The translations under genes and the position numbers were made by a program. From the sequence record AP017925.1: a stretch of DNA of 64,000 nucleotides; one strand, given 5' to 3'. Below, in pieces: positions 19,819-28,677 of this stretch; position 1 is the stretch's first letter; every line of letters starts with the position of its first letter. The notes under the pieces were generated by a model. That model had not been told where the DNA came from. It made no database searches and saw nothing but the letters and a program-made list of their open reading frames with translations.

Positions 19819-21153
19819 TTAGAACTCGACCACGAGACCCTTGCCGCGCAGTGCTTTGGCCAGCTGGTCTTTCTGAGTCTGTTCCAGACCAGAGCCGGAT
19901 TCTGCCACAGCCTTGATGAAGCTGGTCACCAGATCCAGCAAGGCATTGCCCACAGCATTGATGGAGAGCACAGCATCAGCGCGTACTTTCCACAAGCGCA
20001 GAATGTCCTTACCGACGGCAGCGATGCGGCGATAGAGTGCGATGATCTTCTGGGCGTAGCTGTTACGCTTTTCTTCCGGCACGTCGTCCGGAATCATCTC
20101 CAGCACTTCTTCGATCTTCGTACCTTCGCTGAGCTGAACCACGCTACCCACTACGCCAGTCAGGGTATCGATCTGGTTCTTGATGGACACGCGCGAGAAG
20201 TCATCAACAGCCTTCGCTACGTTCTGGAAGAGCTTGTCGAGCGACACGCCCTTGTCATCGCCGTATTCGTCCGAAGCCTGATCATTGATGACCATGCCTT
20301 TTTCGAATTCATCCAGCATCTGAGTGGCTTCGTCGATCTTGCCCAGCGCAATCATGAACTGCTCGCCGTTACGGGCTTGCATTGCCATCTGAGCAACCGC
20401 TTGTGCCTTTTGCAGGGCTTCGCTGATCGACTTGTTGGCAGAATCACTGAAGATGTCTTCCACCGTCACGATGCCCTTGGCCAGACGGAAGTGCGTGGGG
20501 TTGTCGTCCATCATCTTTTCGATGGCTTTAGCGCGTCGCGTCAGACCGTCGAATTGATTGGCCAGACCCGCTGCGAATTCCTTGGTGTCGCCATCCATGA
20601 AGCGAGCCACTTCAGCAGCGGCTTCTTCCGGGTTTTCCGGCAGCGAGGAAATGTACTGCATCCCGCTGAGGTTGCGGCGCTCGGCCAGGAAATCCTTGAT
20701 GTCTTGGCCAATGTCCAGCGCTTCTGGTTTGGCGAATTTGGCTTTCATCCATTCCGCGAAACGTTTGAACAGATCACCCACGAACTTGCGGATCTGCTGG
20801 ATCATTGCGATCAAGCGATCCTTCACGGCTGTACCAGCTTCGGCCAGACCTTCGAGCGACGGGCGATGCGTGAACACCGCATGACCGCCAGCCTTTTTCA
20901 GGAAGCCAGGAGAGAGCTTGTCCAGTTCGCGAGCAGTCGACAGGCTGATGCCTTCGCAGGCGATACGGGAACCGATGGATTCCAGCGCTAGGGCAGCATC
21001 ATCGAGCACATCGAGATCGTCCTGCAGCAGGAACTCGCCAGGCAGTTCCATATCGGCTTCTTCAGCCTCACTGGCTTTGTCTTCGCAGGAGAGCGGAACG
21101 TTGGTGATTTCCAGTTCCGGCTCGTCCTCAACGATGAGGAGTTTCAGCGACAT
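19819..21153 (-). CDS. internal head protein paralog
   Basis: ALALES and HRPSLEG sites followed by IRKFVGDLFKRFAEWMK helix; similar layout to 18300-19760. Confidence 0.7.
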   Translation of the reverse strand: MSLKLLIVEDEPELEITNVPLSCEDKASEAEEADMELPGEFLLQDDLDVLDDAALALESIGSRIACEGISLSTARELDKLSPGFLKKAGGHAVFTHRPSLEGLAEAGTAVKDRLIAMIQQIRKFVGDLFKRFAEWMKAKFAKPEALDIGQDIKDFLAERRNLSGMQYISSLPENPEEAAAEVARFMDGDTKEFAAGLANQFDGLTRRAKAIEKMMDDNPTHFRLAKGIVTVEDIFSDSANKSISEALQKAQAVAQMAMQARNGEQFMIALGKIDEATQMLDEFEKGMVINDQASDEYGDDKGVSLDKLFQNVAKAVDDFSRVSIKNQIDTLTGVVGSVVQLSEGTKIEEVLEMIPDDVPEEKRNSYAQKIIALYRRIAAVGKDILRLWKVRADAVLSINAVGNALLDLVTSFIKAVAESGSGLEQTQKDQLAKALRGKGLVVEF

Positions 21154-21163
21154 GGCCTACTCC

Positions 21164-21616
21164 TTACGCCGTGGCGAAGTTGTCGGCGATCACGTTGCAG
21201 ATGTGGGTGTACACCGTGCCGATCGCTTGATTGTTCTTGTTGGCGAACTCGATCATCTCGGGCGAGAAGAACTTGGGTACGCCGAAGACCGAGCAGAAGA
21301 AGTCACCCGGCACTTGATCCATGCGTGGGCACTTGTGCACGGCTTCGTAGCGCAGCAACCAGAAGCCGCGGGCGAAGTCCAGAGCCAGAGCAGTGTCGAG
21401 CACCGACACTTCGTTCAGCGCACTCACAACGCGCTTGGCGAACGGTTCTACCGTCATGCGGTAGTGGGTTTCTGCGTCGTCGACTTCCGAGGTCGGCAGA
21501 ACGGAGTTGCAGGCGCAGGCATAGCCGATAGCGATAGCGGCGATGCGGTGACGCTCCTGGACCGGGCCAGAGAGCGACTGCATGACATTCACGAAGGGAA
21601 ACAGTTTTGCGTTCAT
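21164..21616 (-). CDS. hypothetical virion-block protein
   Basis: 150-aa ORF coupled between two structural genes. Confidence 0.55.
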   Translation of the reverse strand: MNAKLFPFVNVMQSLSGPVQERHRIAAIAIGYACACNSVLPTSEVDDAETHYRMTVEPFAKRVVSALNEVSVLDTALALDFARGFWLLRYEAVHKCPRMDQVPGDFFCSVFGVPKFFSPEMIEFANKNNQAIGTVYTHICNVIADNFATA

Positions 21617-21676
21617 GGTGGAGAAGTTTCTCGTAATAGTGGTAGAAAAGACGAGGGCGCTCGGCCCTCGTTACTT

Positions 21677-22978
21677 TTATCGGAACTCGTGGTCACCGTC
21701 GCCGCGCTGACGGCCGGCGCCGAGCTGTGCAGCGCGAATGAACAGGTCATTGGCAGCAAGCGATTCGAGGCGGTCCGTGTATTCGCGGGAAGCACGGGCA
21801 TCCATCTTACCGCGACGGAACATGTCGAGGAACTTTACGACCATCGGCGGGCTGAAATCGCCATTGTACTTCTGGACGATCTCGTCAGTCAGCTCAATGC
21901 TCTCGACAGCCTCGGCAATCTCTTCCTTCGGCAGCCCGCTTTGCTTGAGCTTCTCCACAAACTGGTTGCGCATCTTCTTCGCTTCCTGTTTGAAGGTCGT
22001 GACATCAAGCTGATTGCCAGCGGCGTGAACGCCGGAGATGGTGATCAACGCACCCATCAAGAAGATGGGGATGCCAACTTCCGGAGCAATCGGGGCCGAC
22101 AACAGGCCGAGCAGTGACCAACCGATGCCCAGCAGGATGCCGTAGCTCTTACTGTCGGATTGGAACTTCGAACGCATCGTGACGATGGCTCGCCCTGCGC
22201 CATGACGAGCAGCGAAGATGTCCGCCAGCTCTTCAGCGGTATCCATCGAGAAGTAGCGCTTGTTGTCCATCAGACGCGGCTCAACCTGTACTGCAGTCAC
22301 CAGCACACGGAAAGCTACTTCCGGATCAGTGCCATCTTGTACAGCTTCCAGCCAATCGCGGCTCTCGACAGCCATGTCGTCGGCCGCCTTGGTCAGGATC
22401 AGCTTGACCTTCTTGTCGGCGTTGGCGTTGGTCAGCTCTTGCCAAGTACGTTGCAGCACCACGTTCACCACGATACTGTCGGCCAGGAATTGCAGGAAGG
22501 TGTAGGCGTGACCCGTTTCATGCAGAATCACCGAAGCGGCTTCTTCCGGCGTGAAAGTCGAGCCGAGCAAGAACGCCTCACCGATAAACATCCGGAAGGT
22601 GATCTCGGAGAAAGCACCGCCAACGCGGGAGTTGGCCGGATCGATCCAGCCTTTCTTTTCCAGGTTGTAGAAGGAGAGCTTGTCCGCGTCGAAGTTCTTG
22701 TCGAGGAACTTGTTGAAGCTCATGCGGTTCAGGACGTTGCCGCGAGCCAGCCCTGGCACGACAACGAAGGCGTTATCACCTCCCGGCCAGAACTTGGTAT
22801 TGGTAGTGATGCCGGTGTGGTCGGAAATGCACTTGTCAATCCGCACACAAAACTTGGACATTGCATCTTCGCCCGAGCTACCGGAGGCCCGCAGGTCTTG
22901 GACGAGCAGTGTAAGGTCTTTGAAGAATGCACCGGTCTGGAAGGCGATGCTTTCGGTTCCGAGATTGAGGAGTTTCAT
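21677..22978 (-). CDS. virion-block protein with zincin (M48-like) metallopeptidase motifs and a hydrophobic hairpin
   Basis: ILHETGH (HExxH), downstream EELADIFA (ExxAD), two hydrophobic segments; GTES site near N-terminus. Confidence 0.6.
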   Translation of the reverse strand: MKLLNLGTESIAFQTGAFFKDLTLLVQDLRASGSSGEDAMSKFCVRIDKCISDHTGITTNTKFWPGGDNAFVVVPGLARGNVLNRMSFNKFLDKNFDADKLSFYNLEKKGWIDPANSRVGGAFSEITFRMFIGEAFLLGSTFTPEEAASVILHETGHAYTFLQFLADSIVVNVVLQRTWQELTNANADKKVKLILTKAADDMAVESRDWLEAVQDGTDPEVAFRVLVTAVQVEPRLMDNKRYFSMDTAEELADIFAARHGAGRAIVTMRSKFQSDSKSYGILLGIGWSLLGLLSAPIAPEVGIPIFLMGALITISGVHAAGNQLDVTTFKQEAKKMRNQFVEKLKQSGLPKEEIAEAVESIELTDEIVQKYNGDFSPPMVVKFLDMFRRGKMDARASREYTDRLESLAANDLFIRAAQLGAGRQRGDGDHEFR

Positions 22979-23110
22979 AAACTGTCAGCCATGAATTGTT
23001 GAAATAGACGCCGGCTACGAAGGTCCTCTGTGTAGAAAAAACCTTCGAGTTTCATTCTTTTGAATAGCGGGCATATGGCCTGCGCTAACCATCACAAGAA
23101 TACCTTACAA

Positions 23111-23168
23111 ACTGCAGCGATTGTCATAGTAAAAGACATGTCGTTGCAGTATGAGTACACGACATGTC
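23111..23168 (+). promoter_or_regulatory. mutually exclusive RNA hairpins over the RBS/start codon of the DNA polymerase subunit
   Basis: 23135-23144 pairs perfectly with 23159-23168 (contains ATG 23164); 23111-23120 pairs with 23141-23150 with one G-U. Confidence 0.55.
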
Positions 23169-25047
23169 AACCAAAAAACCTAACTTTTCTCCTGAAGATA
23201 TCTCCGGTGTCGAGTGTCGTCATGTGGTTTTCATTCCACCCATCAAAGATTCGAAGGATGACTATCACCTGATCAAAGAGGTTATCCACCTGAAAGACGG
23301 GCAGCGGGTTCCAAATGTTCGCATAGTGCGTAATTACAAGCGCAAGTTCTGGATCACTAAGGAAGGCTACCGTCGCCATAAGCAAAAGAAAGAATGGGAA
23401 GACATCAGCAAGCTGAAAGAGTACGAGTGCACGCAGTCTGAGTTGGTGGAGAAAGCAGCGAAGGCACTGGGGATGTTCAAGCCTCCTCGCTCTCTCAAAC
23501 AGCTATCGCGCAGCCCGTACCTTTACGGCTCAGATATCCTGTCGACCTCAGTGATCAAGCAGGAAGTGTACCGTAACCGCTGGCCAGAACTGAACACTCC
23601 ATCGTCCAGTGCTGCATCGGATACGGAAACCGATATGGTCCAGGGCCATGGTCGGATCATCATGCAGACCATCTCGATGAAAGAGAAAGTCTATACGGCT
23701 GTAGTGCGTGACTTTCTGAGAGGGGTCGGCGGTACAGATGCTGACAAGATCAAGCTGTGTCAAGAAGCTCTGATCAAGTACCTAGACATCGATGAACCTG
23801 TTCTGAAGAAGGACGGAACGCCGGAGATTGATAAGAAAACCGGTAAGCCCAAGGTCACCAACGTCTATCGTGATCGGAAACTGGAATGGGAAATTGAGCT
23901 GGTTGAGAACGACGGCATGGTCGTTTACAACACGCTCAAGAAGGCTCATGAATGGCAACCTGACTTTATGACCTTCTGGAACATGGACTTCGACATTAAG
24001 AAGATGGAAGAGTCCCTGAAGTTCCACAAGATCCCGCTGGCTGACGCTTGGTCTGATCCTGCTGTTGCACCGGCTTATCGCTTCTATGAGTACAAGGAAG
24101 GTCAGAGCCAGAAAGTCACTGCTTCAGGTAAGGTCACTCCGATTGCTCCGCATGCTCGTTGGCATACCGTGATCACTCCGGCATCCTTCTACGTGATGGA
24201 TGCAATGTGCGCCTACAAGCAGGTGCGTACGGGTAAACAGGAGGAGCGTGCTTATACTCTTGAGTTCATCCTGAACAAGCACTTGAAGCGTGGTAAGCTC
24301 AAGTTCACTGCAGCGGACGGATTGGCTAAGGCGGACTGGCACGTCTTCATGCAGAAGAAGCACCCGATCGAGTACATCGTCTACAACGTCTTTGACTGCG
24401 TAGGTTTGGAGATGCTCGACGAGAAGACCAAAGACTTGTCCGTGTCAGTGCCTTCGGGTGCAGCTATGTCGGACTATTCCCGGTTCAACTCGCAGCCTCG
24501 TCGAGTGGTGGACAAACTCCACTACTTTGTGCAAGCGCGCGGCAAGATCATCGGGACTACTTCTGATGAAATGGCTACCGACTTCGATCAGGAGACGATT
24601 AGCCTCAAGAACTGGATCGTGATGCTACCAGCGCATTTGGTGGCGGACAACGGGCTGAAGATCATCAAAGAGTATCCGGATATCTGCAGTAACTTACGAT
24701 TACACATCGGTGACTTGGACGTGTCTGCATCCTATCCGAATGGTGAATCGGTCTTCAACATCTCCAAGGAGACGACGAAGAAGGAACTGATCTCGATTGA
24801 AGGGGTGTCGGAGAACGTACGACGGATGCAGGGTATCAATCTGTCTGCTGGCGCGACTAATGCTGTTGAGTTCTGTACGGGTATGTTCCATATGCCGCAG
24901 ATGACTCAGTGGCTGGAAGCTTACCGTCGCCAGGATGATCTGGTTCAAGTGGCTATGGATCTCCGTGATTGGGTTGACGATAGTGCAGCAACTGCTGATG
25001 CCGTTATCTCGATGCGGGAAGACGAAGACGAGAACGAGTACGCCTAA
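23164..25047 (+). CDS. split family-B DNA polymerase, exonuclease plus motif-A subunit (phiKZ gp82-like)
   Basis: ExoI SDTETD, ExoII FWNMDFD, ExoIII YNVFD, and polymerase motif A DLDVSASYP near the C-terminus; motifs B and C absent. Confidence 0.8.
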   Translation: MSTKKPNFSPEDISGVECRHVVFIPPIKDSKDDYHLIKEVIHLKDGQRVPNVRIVRNYKRKFWITKEGYRRHKQKKEWEDISKLKEYECTQSELVEKAAKALGMFKPPRSLKQLSRSPYLYGSDILSTSVIKQEVYRNRWPELNTPSSSAASDTETDMVQGHGRIIMQTISMKEKVYTAVVRDFLRGVGGTDADKIKLCQEALIKYLDIDEPVLKKDGTPEIDKKTGKPKVTNVYRDRKLEWEIELVENDGMVVYNTLKKAHEWQPDFMTFWNMDFDIKKMEESLKFHKIPLADAWSDPAVAPAYRFYEYKEGQSQKVTASGKVTPIAPHARWHTVITPASFYVMDAMCAYKQVRTGKQEERAYTLEFILNKHLKRGKLKFTAADGLAKADWHVFMQKKHPIEYIVYNVFDCVGLEMLDEKTKDLSVSVPSGAAMSDYSRFNSQPRRVVDKLHYFVQARGKIIGTTSDEMATDFDQETISLKNWIVMLPAHLVADNGLKIIKEYPDICSNLRLHIGDLDVSASYPNGESVFNISKETTKKELISIEGVSENVRRMQGINLSAGATNAVEFCTGMFHMPQMTQWLEAYRRQDDLVQVAMDLRDWVDDSAATADAVISMREDEDENEYA

Positions 25048-25052
25048 TAGCA

Positions 25053-25090
25053 GCATAAAAGAGGAGGGGGCAACCTCTCCTCTTTTTATA
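25053..25090 (+). terminator. intrinsic terminator
   Basis: GCATAAAA, GAGGAGGG/CTCTCCTC stem, T-tract. Confidence 0.75.
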
Positions 25091-25118
25091 TCATCAACAT
25101 ATTTCTAGAAAGTTAACC

Positions 25119-25616
25119 ATGCGCAACATCATTATCTTTGGTCACAAACAGCACGGTAAGGATACGGCTTGTGAATATCTGGAAGCAAAGTTTGGTGTGA
25201 GCTTTGCTTCATCTTCTCGTTTTGCTCTGGATCTTTTCTTATTTGAAAAGATGTGCGATGAGTCGTTTGGTTACGAAACGCCTGAAGAATGTTTCAGTGA
25301 CCGGGTGAACCATCGTAAATACTGGTATGAGGCAATTCGGGATTACAACACTCCGAATAAGACACGACTGGGCGGGAAACTGTTTGCCGAATACGATGTC
25401 TACTGCGGCATCCGTGACCTAGAAGAGTTCCGCGCGCTCAAAGCTGCTGGATTGGTTAATCTAGCTATTTTCATTGATGCCAGCGGTCGTCTGGAAAAGG
25501 AAGACTCTGAATCCATGAAACTGGATATCGAAGATGCCGATATCGTTATTACCAATAACGGTACGCTGGAACAGTTCTACGAGAAACTGGATAAGCTCTT
25601 CACGCAGCTGCTGTGA
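25119..25616 (+). CDS. deoxynucleoside monophosphate kinase-like P-loop protein
   Basis: N-terminal GHKQHGKDT P-loop, GIRDxxE and DADIVITNNGTLE motifs of phage dNMP kinases. Confidence 0.75.
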   Translation: MRNIIIFGHKQHGKDTACEYLEAKFGVSFASSSRFALDLFLFEKMCDESFGYETPEECFSDRVNHRKYWYEAIRDYNTPNKTRLGGKLFAEYDVYCGIRDLEEFRALKAAGLVNLAIFIDASGRLEKEDSESMKLDIEDADIVITNNGTLEQFYEKLDKLFTQLL

Positions 25617-25674
25617 ACATAAGCGACATAACGGAGAGAGGGGAGACCCTCTCTCCTATTATGCCGTTGTTTGT

Positions 25675-26037
25675 TTACGTACGTGCTTCGCCGTGATACG
25701 GTTTAGCCAACCCTTGCTCGATCAACTGATCGTTGATGCTCTTAGCCGTGTTGGGTAGGAAGACAGTCGCCAGATAGCGACCGTACTTCTCTTGTTTGTC
25801 CTGCACTGTCTGTACCACGACAGCTGTACCCACAGGCAGTGTCTTCTCCACCCATGCCTTGGATGTTTTGCCTGCGTCGGTGTTCTTTTCCGGCGCATTA
25901 ATGCCATCCAGACGGCACCGCATGTTGATACTGATGTCGCAGCCCAGATCTACTTGCAGATCCACGGTATCGCCGTCCACAACGCCGTTAACCTTGGCAT
26001 TGCGGACATACGTTTCTTTCGGTTTGGCTTTTGCCAA
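25675..26037 (-). CDS. thermonuclease (staphylococcal nuclease family)
   Basis: VVDGDT, RxRLxGIxAPE, KYGRYLA and INxxLIxxGLA motifs. Confidence 0.9.
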   Translation of the reverse strand: MAKAKPKETYVRNAKVNGVVDGDTVDLQVDLGCDISINMRCRLDGINAPEKNTDAGKTSKAWVEKTLPVGTAVVVQTVQDKQEKYGRYLATVFLPNTAKSINDQLIEQGLAKPYHGEART

Positions 26038-26282
26038 GATACTCTCCTTAGATAATACTCATTACGGCATAAAATTCTCATAGCAGCATAAAAGTCAGGG
26101 ATTGCTCCCCGACCTCTATGTGCTTCAGTTCATCAACTCACCCCGCTCTCAGAACCTCCCCGGCTAAGAGAAGCCCACGAATGTAAACCAGGTGGAGGAC
26201 ATCTTAACGTGGTTGCCGTTTCGCGCGTAGCCGATATACTGATAGCATAAAAGGCTGGGTTTCCCCAGCCTCTTACTTTGTG

Positions 26283-26570
26283 CCCGGACGGTGTTCTCTC
26301 CTAAGCGAGGTACTATGCGTCCGCATTCGAATTGTAGAAGAAAGCACTGTGTCTCCCGACATGAGTGCAGTCTTGTGGTCACTACTGGCCTAGTGCTAAA
26401 AATAGAAGTGCTTTTCCGAGGTCTCAATGACTCACGGATGTTTCGCCAATGCAGTTCGGCCGTGCAGAGTTCTCATGCCCAAGGGCCTGTGCTGTGTCCC
26501 CGCGATGGGGTTTAATCAGCCGTGTACGACGTTTGAGAACTGTGCTTCGTTTCCACATAACATAGGGTGC
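26283..26570. ncRNA. candidate structured non-coding RNA in a long intergenic gap
   Basis: Long-range stems 26464-26474/26535-26545 and 26341-26348/26407-26414, internal hairpins, flanked by a terminator at about 26250-26272, no convincing ORF. Confidence 0.3.
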
Positions 26571-26577
26571 TACCCTG

Positions 26578-27018
26578 TTATTTTTTACCCTGACTACTCT
26601 TGATCTCATTCATCAGCGCTTCGATCTCTTGATTCTGAGCCGGTGTGCGCTTATCCAGTATCTCCAACATCAAGTCGCAGACATACGTTGGTTGATTAAT
26701 GAAATCAGTCCAAGACAGGTGGAAGTGCTGCCCGATGCGTGCATCGAGATATGCTTCCATACGCTCGCGCAAGCGAGAGGCAACAATCGTGTCTTCGCAC
26801 CAGTGATGTCTCACCAGCGCGAAGTGATCATTAACCCCTTGGTGGTTGTAAATCCCATACGCCTGCTCATACCGCTCACGCAAGAGGATCTGCACGTCGG
26901 TACTCACGAAGCGCTTGGGCACTTTCGAGATGTCTTCCGTGTGATCCTCAATGCGAACTCCGTAGCCGAACTTCCAGTCTCCCACATGGGAGACTGAATT
27001 GATTTCGGCATCGGTCAT
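26578..27018 (-). CDS. conserved phiKZ-like hypothetical protein
   Basis: 146 aa; start overlaps the stop of the upstream gene (TGATG coupling). Confidence 0.6.
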   Translation of the reverse strand: MTDAEINSVSHVGDWKFGYGVRIEDHTEDISKVPKRFVSTDVQILLRERYEQAYGIYNHQGVNDHFALVRHHWCEDTIVASRLRERMEAYLDARIGQHFHLSWTDFINQPTYVCDLMLEILDKRTPAQNQEIEALMNEIKSSQGKK

Positions 27019-28664
27019 CAGCGGCGGCTGATGATAGCGACGCGCTGCGCGAGTAGGGTAAAAAAAGTGTTCACCACATCGATCGGGATCAGGTGCGGGA
27101 AGCGCGGCAGGCCGATTTCCTTACCGCTGGTTTCCGGGATCGCAACCAAGGCGCGAGTGCAATCGTCCTTGAATTTGTTGATCTCGGTTTCCAACAGCTT
27201 GGTAGCGTCTTCATCGACGGAGAGCACGTCCAGAATGCTTGCGATGTCATCGCGGTTCGTGTTCTCGGTTTCATCGATGATCACCGACTTGATCCAGGCG
27301 CCGTTATTGCGCAGGCGGGAAGCCCGGGCGTGCGTCGAGATCATGCGGTTACGCTCTTCCTGGGTCGGTACGGCTTGGGTGAACGTAGAGTCCACCGTGG
27401 CCACGATACCGGCAATCCAGTTCTCACCGTCGGCGATGTAGTTGTCGACGTCGGTCGAAGCAATCAGCACGTCCAGACCTTCACGGATCGTAACGCGACG
27501 GCCATCGGCCAGCGACGGAATGAACGTCTGCTGATATTCCTTCACCATCTCCATGGACATCTTGCCGCGATGACGGTTGGCCATGTGGGCACGATGGCGC
27601 GGTTCGAAGCTGGCGTTGTCCACCCACATCAGCTTACCGAGAGCGATCTTGGCCGAGACGGTTTGGGTGTTCTCGATCCCTTCCTGGGTAGTCAGGGAAC
27701 GCACGTAGTCGAAACCACGCGGCCAGATCAAACAAGCCAGACCCCAGAACAGGATGTTCAGGTCTTGGATCTTGATCAGCGGACGCAGTTCCTGATGGCT
27801 GTCCACACGCACCGAGGTCTCGTAGATGTGCTCGAAGCAGAAGTCGAGCAGCCACGAGTTGATGTAGCTCTGTTCGTTGGAGAACACCAGGCCAAAGGTC
27901 TCACGACCCAGCTCGATCTTCTCTTCTTGCAGACGACGCTGCAATTCAATCAGGCTGCTCTCGGTCGGAGTCTGGAGGGTAATCCAGAAACCGGAGTGCC
28001 AGAGCGGAATCGATACGATACCGCCCAGACCCATGATCGAGCGGACGCGCATGATGCCCTTCTCGCCGGTGTAACCAGCCGCGCCTGCTTCAGCAATCTT
28101 CGGCACAGAGAAGCCGAGCTTACCCGATTCCGTTTCGAGGAACTGCTTGTAGTCGGAACCATCACGCAGGGTGGTGGATTCGAATCGACCGTCCAGATAA
28201 GCACTGCGGCTAGCTGCAGCCACGATACTCTGGTTCCAGTCGGCGCCAGCGCCGTTCTTGATCGAGTTGGGCGAGACAAAGGCCCGGATGCGCTCGTCAA
28301 CAGCAGCACCGCGCTCGGCCAGGAAGAACATCACTTCGGAATTGCCGTCGAGGTCGTTGCGATCTTTCAGCGCCACCGGTTCCTTGAGGTTGTAATCCAT
28401 CGTCAGGGTAACGTGCTTGTTATCCGACGGGCCAGTGGTCATGCCTTCCCAGGCATCGGTAGGAGTTACCAGGCTGAGACCGCCAGAGGTCTGGCCGACC
28501 ATAACCGGACGTTCCTTCGGCGCCGCAGCGGCAGGAGTGGGAGTCGCAGCAGCTTGAGTCAGACTCGGAGCGACTGCTTCGGTAATTACAGGCTCCGGAG
28601 AGGCCGGAGCAGAAGAAGTGGCTTGCGCCACCTCCCCTTGTTCGAGTTGTTGGTTGTCGTTCAT
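27018..28664 (-). CDS. conserved phiKZ-like protein (possible baseplate-hub assembly factor), start moved to MNDNQQ
   Basis: Pro/Ala-rich N-terminus, IPLWHSGFWI motif recalled as conserved in this phage group. Confidence 0.55.
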   Translation of the reverse strand: MNDNQQLEQGEVAQATSSAPASPEPVITEAVAPSLTQAAATPTPAAAAPKERPVMVGQTSGGLSLVTPTDAWEGMTTGPSDNKHVTLTMDYNLKEPVALKDRNDLDGNSEVMFFLAERGAAVDERIRAFVSPNSIKNGAGADWNQSIVAAASRSAYLDGRFESTTLRDGSDYKQFLETESGKLGFSVPKIAEAGAAGYTGEKGIMRVRSIMGLGGIVSIPLWHSGFWITLQTPTESSLIELQRRLQEEKIELGRETFGLVFSNEQSYINSWLLDFCFEHIYETSVRVDSHQELRPLIKIQDLNILFWGLACLIWPRGFDYVRSLTTQEGIENTQTVSAKIALGKLMWVDNASFEPRHRAHMANRHRGKMSMEMVKEYQQTFIPSLADGRRVTIREGLDVLIASTDVDNYIADGENWIAGIVATVDSTFTQAVPTQEERNRMISTHARASRLRNNGAWIKSVIIDETENTNRDDIASILDVLSVDEDATKLLETEINKFKDDCTRALVAIPETSGKEIGLPRFPHLIPIDVVNTFFTLLAQRVAIISRR

Positions 28665-28677
28665 CTTCGGTTTCCGT

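Noticed and set aside
26121-26427. Small ORFs in the 26.1-26.5 kb gap
   Set aside because: No clear RBS, atypical codon usage and they cross terminator hairpins.
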